Below are positions 35,668-47,313 of a stretch of 64,000 nt of DNA, piece by piece. The stretch's first letter is position 1. Each line of letters begins with the position of its first letter. This DNA is from Candidatus Saccharimonadia bacterium (GTDB lineage: Bacteria; Patescibacteriota; Saccharimonadia; UBA4664). Below the pieces are notes generated by a model. The model saw only the letters and a list, made by a program, of their open reading frames with translations, was not told the DNA's origin and made no database searches. The position numbers were made by a program, and so were the translations under genes. The DNA lies in contig DATKIP010000093.1 in the NCBI GenBank assembly GCA_035544015.1, positions 65,156-129,155 of the forward strand, read 5' to 3'.

Positions 35668-37014
35668 ATGGCAAAACTTTCTACCAAATATGTCTGCCAA
35701 ACCTGCGCCGCCGTTTATTCCCGATGGATGGGTCGTTGCGAGCAATGCGGCACCTGGAACTCGCTCGTCGAAGAAGTGCAGGCTGCGTCGGCCGGCGGTT
35801 TCGGCAAGACGCGCTCCGCCGCCGCGCTCAAGCCCACCACCATGGCCGACGTTACCGCCGAGCATTCACCGCGCCGCACCACGGGCCTGGCCGAAGTCGA
35901 CCAGGTACTGGGCGGCGGCCTCGTGCCGGGTTCGGTGATCTTGCTCTCGGGTGATCCCGGCATCGGCAAGAGCACCCTGGTGCTGCAGATCGCCGCCGCC
36001 GTGGCCAGCCGCGAGCGCGTGCTCTATGTGAGCGGCGAAGAGAGCACAGCGCAAATCCGGCTGCGAGCCGAGCGCCTCGAGCTCGCGGGCAGCAGCCTGG
36101 AGCTCCTCGCCGGCACGGGCGTGGACGCGATCGCCGCGACGATTGATCAGGGCGACTACGGCCTCGTGATTATCGATTCCATCCAAACCATGGCTGTAGA
36201 GGCGCTCACCGGCTCGCCCGGCACCGTCGGCCAAATCACCGCCAGCGCCCAGGCGCTCACGGCCGTGGCCAAGCGCCGCGGGCCGGCCATGCTCATCATT
36301 GGTCACGTCACCAAAGAGGGCAATATTGCCGGGCCCAAAATTCTCGAACATCTCGTGGATGTCGTGTTGTACCTCGAAGGCGAGCGCTACGGCGCCTTCA
36401 AGGCCCTGCGCGGCGTTAAAAATCGGTTTGGTTCCACCAGTGAGGTCGGCATCTTCGAAATGGGGGAGCACGGCCTCGTGCCCGTCCCCAATCCGTCCGA
36501 GGCCCTGCTCGCCGAGCGCCGCCCGGCCTCCGGATCGGTGGTGCTGGCCACTCTCGAGGGCAGCCGGCCGTTACTCGTTGAGGTCCAGGCGCTGGTCTCG
36601 CCCACGCCGTTTGGTTACCCCAAACGCACCGCCGTTGGCTTTGACCTCAACCGCCTCAACTTGCTCGTAGCCGTGCTGGGTAGACGCGCCGGTCTCAATT
36701 TGAGTTCATCCGACATCTATGTTAATGTAGTGGGCGGATTGCGGGTCACCGAGCCGGCCGCAGATTTAGCAATTATTTTATCCGTAGCTTCGGCTCTCCA
36801 AGACACGCAGGTCCCCCAAGGGCTCGTCGCCTTCGGCGAAGTAGGACTCAGCGGCGAAGTTCGGTCAGTGGCCCAGTCCGCCGTCCGCGTGGCCGAGGCC
36901 GCTCGCCTCGGGTACAAATTCGCCATCGGACCGGCCTTTGGCGCGGCCCGCGGCCTCACCGGAGTGGCCGACGTCGCTGCGGCCGTCAAGCTCCTGCGTA
37001 CCAGCAAGCATTAA
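35668..37014 (+). CDS. radA: DNA repair protein RadA/Sms
   Basis: N-terminal zinc ribbon CQTCAAVYSRWMGRCEQCGTWNS, RecA-like Walker A GDPGIGKST, KNRFG motif, Lon-like C-terminal domain. Confidence 0.9.
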   Translation: MAKLSTKYVCQTCAAVYSRWMGRCEQCGTWNSLVEEVQAASAGGFGKTRSAAALKPTTMADVTAEHSPRRTTGLAEVDQVLGGGLVPGSVILLSGDPGIGKSTLVLQIAAAVASRERVLYVSGEESTAQIRLRAERLELAGSSLELLAGTGVDAIAATIDQGDYGLVIIDSIQTMAVEALTGSPGTVGQITASAQALTAVAKRRGPAMLIIGHVTKEGNIAGPKILEHLVDVVLYLEGERYGAFKALRGVKNRFGSTSEVGIFEMGEHGLVPVPNPSEALLAERRPASGSVVLATLEGSRPLLVEVQALVSPTPFGYPKRTAVGFDLNRLNLLVAVLGRRAGLNLSSSDIYVNVVGGLRVTEPAADLAIILSVASALQDTQVPQGLVAFGEVGLSGEVRSVAQSAVRVAEAARLGYKFAIGPAFGAARGLTGVADVAAAVKLLRTSKH

Positions 37015-38240
37015 TGCAAGGATTTATTTTCATGACTCCCACAATGACCGTTTCTCTCGCCGTCGTCAGTGTATTACTAATAGTACTAGCGCTGCTGCGG
37101 CTGCGGCATGTCTCGCTGCAGGGGCTCGTATTTGGCCTCAGCGGAGCCATAATCGGCCTGCTGCTGGGCGCTCTGGCCAGCGTTCCGCTCAGCAAACTGC
37201 CCGACCCGGTCGGTAATGTCTTGCCGCTGGCGGTATCGCTGGCGCTGACGCTCATCGTGATGGGCGCCGTGCTTTCACGGCGGCGGGCTTTGCTGGCCGC
37301 CATGCCGTTTCTGGATGTTAAATCGCGCACTGTGGTTCAGCCGGCCGTAGCCGAGCCCGAACCCGTTGCTCCAGCTGAGCCCACGCTGCCCCAAATTCTC
37401 GTCGACACCTCGGTGATCATCGACGGCCGCATCGCCGATATTGCCGCCGCCGGCTTTGTGCCCGGCCGCCTCACGGTGCCGCGGTTTGTGCTGGCCGAGC
37501 TCCAAAACATCGCCGACTCCGACGACGCCATGCGACGGGGCCGCGGCCGCCGGGGCCTAGACGTGCTCAACACCCTGCGCGAGCTACCCGATGTCGAGAC
37601 CTCGATCATCGAGGACGATGTCCCGGGCGTACGCGAAGTCGACGCCAAGCTGGTGGCCCTGGCTCAGCGATTTAGCTGCAACGTGCTCACTACCGACTAC
37701 AATCTCAACCGCGTCGCCCAGATTCAGGGCGTGCGGGTGCTCAACGTCAATGAACTTTCCAACGCTATCCGCCCGGTGGTGCTGCCCGGCGAGGAGCTGC
37801 TAGTCCGCGTGGTCCAGCCCGGCAAAGAGCGCAACCAAGGTGTGGGATACCTGGCCGACGGTACTATGATCGTCGTTGAAAACGGCGACAAACTCATCGG
37901 CCAAGAAGTGTCTACCGAGGTCACCCGCGTCTTCCAGACCGTCGCCGGCAAAATGATCTTTGCCGTGCCGCGCCATGGCCTGGGCGGCGCCCCGGCTGCG
38001 GCGGCCACGCCCATCGCCGCCGACCCCACCACCACGCCGGCCCCCGCTGCCGCTCCCGTAGCCCCCGCGGCTGCCCCCACCGCCCCCCCGGCCGACAAAG
38101 ACGCCGCCCAGCGCAAGAATCGCTTCGGCCGCCACCGGGGGCGCGGCAACGGCAACAAACCGGGCCCGGCGGCTGGTGGCCAAGACGGCCAGTCGCTCGA
38201 AGACCGTGTCATCGCCGCCACCACCCCGCCAAACGAGTAA
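37014..38240 (+). CDS. PIN/TRAM-domain membrane protein (YacL-like)
   Basis: Two N-terminal TM helices, PIN domain (ILVDTSVIIDGRI...), TRAM domain (EELLVRVVQPGKERNQGVGYLADGTMIVVENG), Pro/Ala- and RGG-rich tail. Directly downstream of radA. Confidence 0.8.
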   Translation: MQGFIFMTPTMTVSLAVVSVLLIVLALLRLRHVSLQGLVFGLSGAIIGLLLGALASVPLSKLPDPVGNVLPLAVSLALTLIVMGAVLSRRRALLAAMPFLDVKSRTVVQPAVAEPEPVAPAEPTLPQILVDTSVIIDGRIADIAAAGFVPGRLTVPRFVLAELQNIADSDDAMRRGRGRRGLDVLNTLRELPDVETSIIEDDVPGVREVDAKLVALAQRFSCNVLTTDYNLNRVAQIQGVRVLNVNELSNAIRPVVLPGEELLVRVVQPGKERNQGVGYLADGTMIVVENGDKLIGQEVSTEVTRVFQTVAGKMIFAVPRHGLGGAPAAAATPIAADPTTTPAPAAAPVAPAAAPTAPPADKDAAQRKNRFGRHRGRGNGNKPGPAAGGQDGQSLEDRVIAATTPPNE

Positions 38241-38291
38241 AAATTTGGTATAACTAGACCTGGGTTCTGACGTCTACGAAGGGATGAACTC

Positions 38292-38660
38292 GTGTCGAGG
38301 TTAAGGTTGGCCACCATGGTTGCTTGTGCCGTGCTGCTAGGGGCCGGGTATATCTATCTTAGCCACCTAGACGACAAGGCCTGCAATACCGACCTGTTGT
38401 GGACCAGGGCCAGCGGTCTGTCGTCGGTTGAGTCCAGCAAGCTCCGCCTCACCGTCAGCTCCGACGGCAAGACCATCACCGCCACACCGATCGGCCGTCA
38501 CGTGCTCCGGATCAACCTCTTCAACCTCTACCCCACCGCCGACACCGGCGGCTTCGCCGACAAGCAGCAGATTTCGCCCCGGGTGCACCCGGGCGATTCG
38601 GCGACCATCACCCTCCCGGCCAGCGTGCAAGCCGTTCGCGTATACGGCGCCCTCTGCTAG
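38292..38660 (+). CDS. small secreted hypothetical protein
   Basis: GTG start with AAGGGA RBS. Signal/TM segment LATMVACAVLLGAGYIYL. Confidence 0.4.
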   Translation: MSRLRLATMVACAVLLGAGYIYLSHLDDKACNTDLLWTRASGLSSVESSKLRLTVSSDGKTITATPIGRHVLRINLFNLYPTADTGGFADKQQISPRVHPGDSATITLPASVQAVRVYGALC

Positions 38661-38768
38661 CCCACCCTCACCTTGGGCTTCGTCCAGGGTGAGCTCACCC
38701 CAAAATAGGTGCGGGCCGGCTACTAGCCGGCCCGCACCCCGAGGCTCAACATTGACCGAGCAGCCGCT

Positions 38769-41708
38769 CTATGGCTTCACTTTGAATGTCAACGGGTCGG
38801 TCGCGTCACTCGTATCGGCGCGCACAAACCAAGTGTGGTTGCCCACCGCCAAGCCGCTGACCACTTTGGATGTCGTGCTGGTGCTACCGCGCAAGATGTT
38901 ATCCACATACAAACTGTACGACGCCGCCCCCGTGGCCGCCCCCCAGGTAAACGTCACCGGTCCGTTATTGACTGAGCTGCCATCGGTCGGCAGCAGTCCC
39001 GTAAAACCACCACCTCCGGCGCCTGTCACATTCACGCTTTGGTCATCGCTGCCCTGATACAGCCCGGCGTCAGTCACCACCGCCTTGAAGGTATGGCTGC
39101 CCGTCACAGTAGGCCCATAGGATACCGGGTACGTTCCCGAACCGTTAATAACCTGGGTCGACACAATCTGATCATCGAAGTAAACCTCGAGCTTATTGGC
39201 GGTAAACAGCCCCGACGTCACCTGTATCTGGAGATTATACGGCCCGCCCCCACCCGCGCCCGTGATAGCCACCACCGGTTTCGCATCGTCGCAATGATGC
39301 GCGTTGTCGCTCTCGGTCGGCAAATCGCCGCCGCTCGTCGAATACCCCGCCTTTTGCAGCGCCGTCAACCAGAGCTGGTATTGCGTGGGGTTTTCGCTTT
39401 TGGTAATTTCAGGCAGAATTGCGCTCGAGTGCACCGTACTCTTGGCGAGATCCGGCGTACACTCAGCCGCCAACTTACCCGACACCGTGTCGATCTGCGC
39501 GCTTTTGCCGCCCGCTGAGCTCATCGGCGTGTACCAGCTGGGAAAAACATCCACAGTAGTATTCTTGGTGCCCGCCGCCACCGCCCGCCCGGTCTCTTTG
39601 TCGAGCGACACCGTCTTGAGCTCCGATGGCTTCGCAAACGCATCGGTAGCCTTGCCCTGCACCACCAGGTTCATGTACTGCTGCCACACCGGCGCCGCCA
39701 CGTTGGCCGCCGCCGAACGCATCGGCGCGTTGTCATTGTTGCCCACCCACACCGCAGCCACTACATCGGGCGTGAAGCCCACGGTCCAGCCATCGTTGAA
39801 GTACTCGGTGGTACCCGTTTTTACCCCCGCGTGCACGCAGTTGGTGTTGCTGTTATTGCCACAAATATTTTTGAGCATCAAGCTGTTGCCAAATACGAAT
39901 TGCTTGGCAACGGTGTCGCTGAGCACATCGGCCATCAAGCCCGCCACCTGCGGGTCGAGCGCCTGCTTGGGCTTCTTGGGCTTGGTGTTGTCTTCCATCA
40001 CGTTGCCCTTTTGGTCTTTCACCATCAGCAGCGGCGTCTGCTCATAGTGCAGGCCCCCGTTGGCAAACGACTCATAGGCGTTTGCCATTTCTATCGGCTT
40101 CACCTCCCCGGTGCCCAGTACGAGCGACAGGCCGTACTGATCGGCCGACTTGAGCGTAGTGATGCCCATCGCTTGAGCGGTCTGGAGCGAGTTGGAAATC
40201 CCGGCCATGGCCAGCGCCTTCACCGCCGGCACGTTGAGCGAACCGGCCAGGGCTTTGCGAATCGTAATGATCCCATTATTTTTGTTATCAAAGTTGTGAG
40301 GGTGATAATCGGGGTTTCCACCAAAGCTGGTCGGCACGTCGTAGATCGTGGTGCCCGGGCCATACGTGGGACAGTCGCGGGTTTTGGCACAGGCCGCATC
40401 CTTGTTTTTGGCAAACAAAGTAGAATACACAATCGGCTTGAAGCTCGAACCCGGCTGCCGCAGCGAGGTAGCCACGTTGAATTGGCCGCTGTTGGGATCA
40501 TTGAAGTCGTGCGAGCCGATCATGGCCAACATGTGGCCGCTCTTCGGATCGGTTGATACCAGCGCCGCATTTGAACCCCCCAGCGCTTTTATATTCCCCA
40601 TATTGTCGGCAATCGCCTTGCAGCCGGCAATTTGCTTATCGTAATCGAGCGTGGTGCGCACATTGAGCCCGCCTTCGGTGACCGTAGCTGTCCCATATTT
40701 GTTCTCCAAAACGTCTTGGGTGTAGAGCACAAAGTGGGCCAGGCAGGGGTCGAGGTTGGCATACAGATTCTGAACATGCGAAATCTTGGTAGACGTCGTC
40801 GCTAGGTCGGCCACGGTCCACTTGGCCGCATCCGCCTCGGCGCGGGTCGCGTAGCCCTGCTCTACCATCAGGTCGAGCACGATATGCTGGCGGTCGATGA
40901 GCTCCTGCTGGTGTGTGCCAAAGGGCGAAAAGTACGATGGGGCGTTCAGAATAGCCGCCAGCAACGCCGACTGGTCCAGTTTCAGATTTTTGGCGCAATG
41001 CTGGTCTTTGTCGGCCGTATCGATATCCATGGGGAAAAAGGTCTTGCACGCACTCTCGATCCCATAGGCGCGGTTGCCAAACGGAATTTCGTTCATATAA
41101 AACGCCAAAATGTCATTCTTCGAGAAGCGCGCCCCAATTTCGATCGACAAAATTAGCTCTTTAATTTTGCGCGAGAAGCTGTGGTCGGCCGGGTCGAGCA
41201 GAGCATTCTTAACGTATTGCTGCGTGATAGTAGACCCACCCTGATGCGTGCTGCGGCTCATGAGGTCAGCGAACCCAGCCCGCAAATACCCCACGAAACT
41301 AAAGGCCCCGTGGCGGTAAAAATCTTTGTCTTCTATGGCGATGGTGGCGTTTTTGGCCACCGCCGGAATTTGGTCAAACGAGATAATGCTGCGGTTTTGA
41401 TCACCATAAAGCTCATAAATGAGCTTGTTGCCGGTAGAGTCATAAAATTTCGTCGTCTGGGCGGTCACCCGGGCATTAATCTTGCCCGGCGTCGGCAGAT
41501 CCTTGGCAAACCACAAAAACACCAAAAAAATAAACAGCACACCGGCGCCGGCCAATTTGGCCACCCGCCGCAAGCCGTCGCGGCTCAGCCAATAAGCCTT
41601 GAACCGGCTGGGCGTAAACGAGAGGAAGAAATTTTTGATATGGTTTTTCGCGCCGCGAGTGTTGTCTTGAGACGGCTTAGCGGGCTTGCGGACATGTCGT
41701 TTGGCCAT
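38769..41708 (-). CDS. class A penicillin-binding protein (PBP1A) with C-terminal tandem beta-sandwich (Ig/FN3-like) domains
   Basis: Glycosyltransferase-51 motifs (EDKDFYRHGAFSF, RQPGSSFKP), transpeptidase SxxK/SxN/KTG. About 230 aa of repeated GAGGGG-delimited beta-rich modules at the C-terminus. Confidence 0.9.
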   Translation of the reverse strand: MAKRHVRKPAKPSQDNTRGAKNHIKNFFLSFTPSRFKAYWLSRDGLRRVAKLAGAGVLFIFLVFLWFAKDLPTPGKINARVTAQTTKFYDSTGNKLIYELYGDQNRSIISFDQIPAVAKNATIAIEDKDFYRHGAFSFVGYLRAGFADLMSRSTHQGGSTITQQYVKNALLDPADHSFSRKIKELILSIEIGARFSKNDILAFYMNEIPFGNRAYGIESACKTFFPMDIDTADKDQHCAKNLKLDQSALLAAILNAPSYFSPFGTHQQELIDRQHIVLDLMVEQGYATRAEADAAKWTVADLATTSTKISHVQNLYANLDPCLAHFVLYTQDVLENKYGTATVTEGGLNVRTTLDYDKQIAGCKAIADNMGNIKALGGSNAALVSTDPKSGHMLAMIGSHDFNDPNSGQFNVATSLRQPGSSFKPIVYSTLFAKNKDAACAKTRDCPTYGPGTTIYDVPTSFGGNPDYHPHNFDNKNNGIITIRKALAGSLNVPAVKALAMAGISNSLQTAQAMGITTLKSADQYGLSLVLGTGEVKPIEMANAYESFANGGLHYEQTPLLMVKDQKGNVMEDNTKPKKPKQALDPQVAGLMADVLSDTVAKQFVFGNSLMLKNICGNNSNTNCVHAGVKTGTTEYFNDGWTVGFTPDVVAAVWVGNNDNAPMRSAAANVAAPVWQQYMNLVVQGKATDAFAKPSELKTVSLDKETGRAVAAGTKNTTVDVFPSWYTPMSSAGGKSAQIDTVSGKLAAECTPDLAKSTVHSSAILPEITKSENPTQYQLWLTALQKAGYSTSGGDLPTESDNAHHCDDAKPVVAITGAGGGGPYNLQIQVTSGLFTANKLEVYFDDQIVSTQVINGSGTYPVSYGPTVTGSHTFKAVVTDAGLYQGSDDQSVNVTGAGGGGFTGLLPTDGSSVNNGPVTFTWGAATGAASYSLYVDNILRGSTSTTSKVVSGLAVGNHTWFVRADTSDATDPLTFKVKP

Positions 41709-41796
41709 AATATGCGTTTTTCACCTATTCGAATAATACCGGCTTATTATACCACTCTCGCTCGCTAGCGCCCCCTCATGCTACACTACGTGCCAT

Positions 41797-42969
41797 ATGG
41801 AAGAATTACTCAGCCGCGGCGTCGATCAGATCGTGGGACGGGCCGAACTAGACCAGGCGCTGGCCAGCGACCGTAAACTTCGCATCAAATTCGGCGTCGA
41901 TCCTACGCGCCCCGATCTGCACATCGGCCACGCTGTAGCCCTGCGCAAACTCCGCGCGTTCCAGGAACTCGGCCACACCGTTATATTCCTGATCGGCGAT
42001 TACACCACCAAAATCGGCGATCCCTCGGGCAAAAACAAAACCCGGCCGATGCTCTCGGGGGCCGAAATCGCCGCCAACGTCAAAACCTATCTCGATCAGG
42101 TCGGCCTCATCCTCGACGTCAAAAAAGCCGAAATCCGCTACAACAGCGAATGGCTGAGCAAACTCAGCTTCGGCGACCTCGTCGGCCTCGCCTCCAACGT
42201 GAGCGTGGCCCAAATTATCGAGCGCGACGACTTCAAAAACCGCCTCGACGCGGGCATTGAGCTCGCGCTCCACGAGCTGCTCTACCCGCTCATGCAGGCC
42301 TACGACTCCGTGGCGCTCGAAGCCGACGTCGAGTTTGGCGGCACCGACCAGCTCTTCAACCTGCTCACCGGCCGATCACTCCAAAAAAAGCTCGGCCAAG
42401 CCCCGCAAATCGTATTCACCACCGAGCTGCTGGTGGGCCTCGACGGTACCAACAAGATGAGCAAAAGCCTCGACAACTATGTGGCCGTCACCGATGAGCC
42501 CACAGATATGTACGGCAAAATTATGAGCCTGCCCGATAACCTCATCGCGCCATACTACAAGCTCTGCACCGAAATTGAGCTCGCCATTATCGATGAGCTA
42601 GTGAAAACCCTGGCCGGCGGCGCCAATCCCCGCGACGCCAAGGCCTCGCTAGCCCGCGAAATTGTGCGCATCTACCACGGCGAAGCCGCCGCGCTGAAGG
42701 CCGAAGCCAGCTGGAACGCCACCTACCGCGACAAAAAAGGGCCCAGCGACGAGCAGATCGAAACTCTGAAAATCCATGCTCACGATTCCGCCACCGTTAT
42801 CGATTTGCTGCCGCAGCTCCAGATCGTCCCATCTCGCAGCGAGGTTCGTCGGCTTATTAGTTCCGCCGGCATCCGCGTGAATGGCGAAGTCGTCACCGAT
42901 GAGACCCTCACGCTCAAGCGCGAAGATCTCTTGCAGGTTGGCAAACGCCGCTTCTTTAAGCTTGATTAG
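41797..42969 (+). CDS. tyrS: tyrosyl-tRNA synthetase
   Basis: HIGH motif (LHIGHAV), KMSKS motif (KMSKSLDN), C-terminal S4 domain. Confidence 0.9.
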   Translation: MEELLSRGVDQIVGRAELDQALASDRKLRIKFGVDPTRPDLHIGHAVALRKLRAFQELGHTVIFLIGDYTTKIGDPSGKNKTRPMLSGAEIAANVKTYLDQVGLILDVKKAEIRYNSEWLSKLSFGDLVGLASNVSVAQIIERDDFKNRLDAGIELALHELLYPLMQAYDSVALEADVEFGGTDQLFNLLTGRSLQKKLGQAPQIVFTTELLVGLDGTNKMSKSLDNYVAVTDEPTDMYGKIMSLPDNLIAPYYKLCTEIELAIIDELVKTLAGGANPRDAKASLAREIVRIYHGEAAALKAEASWNATYRDKKGPSDEQIETLKIHAHDSATVIDLLPQLQIVPSRSEVRRLISSAGIRVNGEVVTDETLTLKREDLLQVGKRRFFKLD

Positions 42970-42994
42970 GCCGGTCGCGACCGATTACATAGCA

Positions 42995-43098
42995 CTATTC
43001 CAGAAACTGGAATAGTTGGAAGGTTACCACTAAATTATGGCTTGATATAGGGTTTATTTCGATCACCAGAGCTCACTATTCCAGAAAGTGGACTAGTG
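42995..43098 (+). promoter_or_regulatory. paired palindromic sites upstream of recG
   Basis: CTATTCCAG-AAA-CTGGAATAG (42995-43015, perfect 9-bp arms) and the degenerate copy CACTATTCCAGAAAGTGGACTAGTG (43074-43098). Both lie in the 205-bp tyrS-recG intergenic region. Confidence 0.4.
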
Positions 43099-43174
43099 TC
43101 GCCAGCACGGCATGTCCCGGATTCGCGAAAGCACAAGCGCCACCCGCCCCGACCAGATTTGCTACACTACTCAA

Positions 43175-45247
<2,073 letters not shown>

Positions 45248-45256
45248 GAAGGCATC

Positions 45257-46096
45257 ATGTACGCAGGCTTCATCAGCCCCAAACGAGTCGTAAAATCCGC
45301 CGGCATTCATCAGCGTCTCGACAGCGCCGCCTACAAAATGATCGCCCACTACCTCCCCGACGACGCCTTCCCTGAGCTCTCGGCAATTTTGAGCTTCGAA
45401 GGCTACAATGGACCCGATGGACTCAACTCCAAAATTGGCCTGCGGCCCAAGGGCAGCGACCCCACGGGGCAAGACAACCACAATCCCAGCCACCTGTACG
45501 ATCCCGTGAGCGATTCTGGCGAAGTGCCAATGCACATCGCTACGCACTACCGCGGGCTCGTGGAGTGCCTGGGCAGCGGCGACATGATCCGGGCTGCATT
45601 CGAGGCCGCCTGGCTGGCCCATTACGTGGGTGACGGCCTCACGCCGGCGCATCACTTCCCGCTCGAAGACAAAATTGCCGAAGCCGCTGCCAAGGCCTCG
45701 CGAGATCTCGAAGCCGGGCGTTTCAGCCAATTTGCCGGCAAGATTCGCAAAAACTGGGATATTTGGGGTGCCAAGGGCCACATGACAACGCACCAAAACT
45801 TCGAACTCGGCATTGCTTTTGCCCTGCTGGTATTTCCTATCAAGCCCCAATTTGACGACCAAGAGCTCGGCCGCGCCCGCCAGCTGGGACCCGTGGAATA
45901 TTTCAAAAACGAAGCCCGCGAAATTGCCGAGCTCGATCTGTACGACCGCTTCTACAAAGAGGGCTGGAACAACGACATCGCCTCCATGATCAAGCGCGTG
46001 CTCGCGCCCAAAGCCGCGCGCACCATCGGCCTCATCTGGCTGCTGGCGCTGCTCGAAGCCGGCCAGCGCATGGTGACGGCCGAGCCGCCGGCATGA
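45257..46096 (+). CDS. zinc-dependent phospholipase C / S1-P1 nuclease superfamily protein (motif-based)
   Basis: AHYVGDGLTPAHH fits the HxxxDxxxPxH zinc-ligand motif. Further His/Asp pairs are upstream. ATGA overlap with rsmD. Confidence 0.5.
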   Translation: MYAGFISPKRVVKSAGIHQRLDSAAYKMIAHYLPDDAFPELSAILSFEGYNGPDGLNSKIGLRPKGSDPTGQDNHNPSHLYDPVSDSGEVPMHIATHYRGLVECLGSGDMIRAAFEAAWLAHYVGDGLTPAHHFPLEDKIAEAAAKASRDLEAGRFSQFAGKIRKNWDIWGAKGHMTTHQNFELGIAFALLVFPIKPQFDDQELGRARQLGPVEYFKNEAREIAELDLYDRFYKEGWNNDIASMIKRVLAPKAARTIGLIWLLALLEAGQRMVTAEPPA

Positions 46097-46644
46097 AAAT
46101 CCTGGCCGGCTCCCTCGGCGGCCGCTTCATTGCTCAGCCACCCAGCCGCAGCGTGCGCCCGCTGTCCGAAAAGGTGCGGGGGGCGCTGTTCGACATCGTC
46201 GGCGACATCACGGGCTTCACGGTACTCGACGCCTACGCCGGCTCCGGCGCCGCCGGCTTCGAGGCCACCAGCCGCGGCGCCACGCTCGTAGACGCCATCG
46301 AGGCCAATGCTCGGGTGGCGCGCACCATCCAATCCAACGCTGCCGCCCTCGGCCTCGATTGGGGCTACGTGCTGCACCAGCTCACGGTCGAAACCTGGCT
46401 CGCTTCGCCCGCGCAGCAACCGTCGGCGCCGCGCTACGGCCTCATCATCGCCGACCCGCCCTACGCCCAGCTCGATCCCGATGTCATCGCCCGACTCGCC
46501 GCCTACCTGGCGTCGGGCGGCATTTTAGCGCTATCGCATTCCAGCAAGCTCACCTCACCGAGCATCGAACCCCTCCGCCTTGTCAAATCCAAAACCTACG
46601 GCGACACGGCGTTGAGTTTCTACGCGCTCCCGAATAGCACGTAG
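46093..46644 (+). CDS. rsmD: 16S rRNA (guanine966-N2)-methyltransferase RsmD
   Basis: 183 aa. SAM motif LDAYAGSGAAGFEA and substrate motif DPPY. Confidence 0.8.
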   Translation: MKILAGSLGGRFIAQPPSRSVRPLSEKVRGALFDIVGDITGFTVLDAYAGSGAAGFEATSRGATLVDAIEANARVARTIQSNAAALGLDWGYVLHQLTVETWLASPAQQPSAPRYGLIIADPPYAQLDPDVIARLAAYLASGGILALSHSSKLTSPSIEPLRLVKSKTYGDTALSFYALPNST

Positions 46645-46751
46645 TGAAAATTTACTACCATTCGAGGTATGTACCAAAAAGGTAGTAAAACACACAAGAG
46701 GCTCACCCCAACTTGCGCAAACGCGCCCCGTAGCTTAGCTTTAGAGAGCAC

Positions 46752-46837
46752 GCGGATGTGGTGGAATGGTAGACACGCTAGCCTTAGGAGCTAGTGGGGG
46801 CAACCCCGTGAAGGTTCAAGTCCTTTCATCCGCACCA
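46752..46837 (+). tRNA. tRNA-Leu (anticodon TAG), class II with long variable arm, CCA encoded
   Basis: GCGGATG acceptor pairs with CATCCGC. 3-bp D-stem. Anticodon stem CTAGC/GCTAG with loop CTTAGGA. Variable arm GGGGGCAACCCC. T-loop TTCAAGT. 3' ACCA. Confidence 0.85.
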
Positions 46838-46921
46838 ATGCAATTATTCGCCGCCCGTGCCTTGTGTCCTGCCACCTCCCAGCCTATGCTTAATGCAAGA
46901 CTAGAAAGGCATCCGCAGCAC

Positions 46922-47302
46922 ATGCAAAAAATCCTGCTCGTCGAAGACGACCCTCTCATTTATCGCCTCTACCAAAAGGTTTTCGCCCTCGAAGGCTTCG
47001 AAGTGCAGCTGGCTGAAAACGGCCAGTCGGCGCTCGATCAGCTCAAAACCTTTCACCCCGACATCATCTTGCTCGATATCATGATGCGCGCCATGAACGG
47101 TCTGGAGGTGCTCGACAAACTAGGAGCCGACCCCACAACCGCCACGATCCCGGTGCTCGTGCTCACCAACATATCCGACACCCGCATCACCCAGCGCGCC
47201 ACCGAAAAAGGTGCCGCCGCCGTGATGATCAAAAGCGAATCAGAGCCAGACGCCGTGATCGCGATGGTGCGGAGCATCCTGGCCAAGCCCGCCGGGCAAT
47301 AG
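46922..47302 (+). CDS. single-domain response regulator (CheY-like receiver)
   Basis: MQKILLVEDD...LLDIMMRAMNGLEVL...PVLVLTNISD. Receiver only, about 127 aa. The track's 5' extension (46766) overlaps the tRNA and is rejected. Confidence 0.8.
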   Translation: MQKILLVEDDPLIYRLYQKVFALEGFEVQLAENGQSALDQLKTFHPDIILLDIMMRAMNGLEVLDKLGADPTTATIPVLVLTNISDTRITQRATEKGAAAVMIKSESEPDAVIAMVRSILAKPAGQ

Positions 47303-47313
47303 CCCTTACCGCG

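Noticed and set aside
46766-46921. 5' extension of the response-regulator ORF
   Set aside because: Overlaps the tRNA-Leu gene. The receiver domain begins at MQKILLVEDD.
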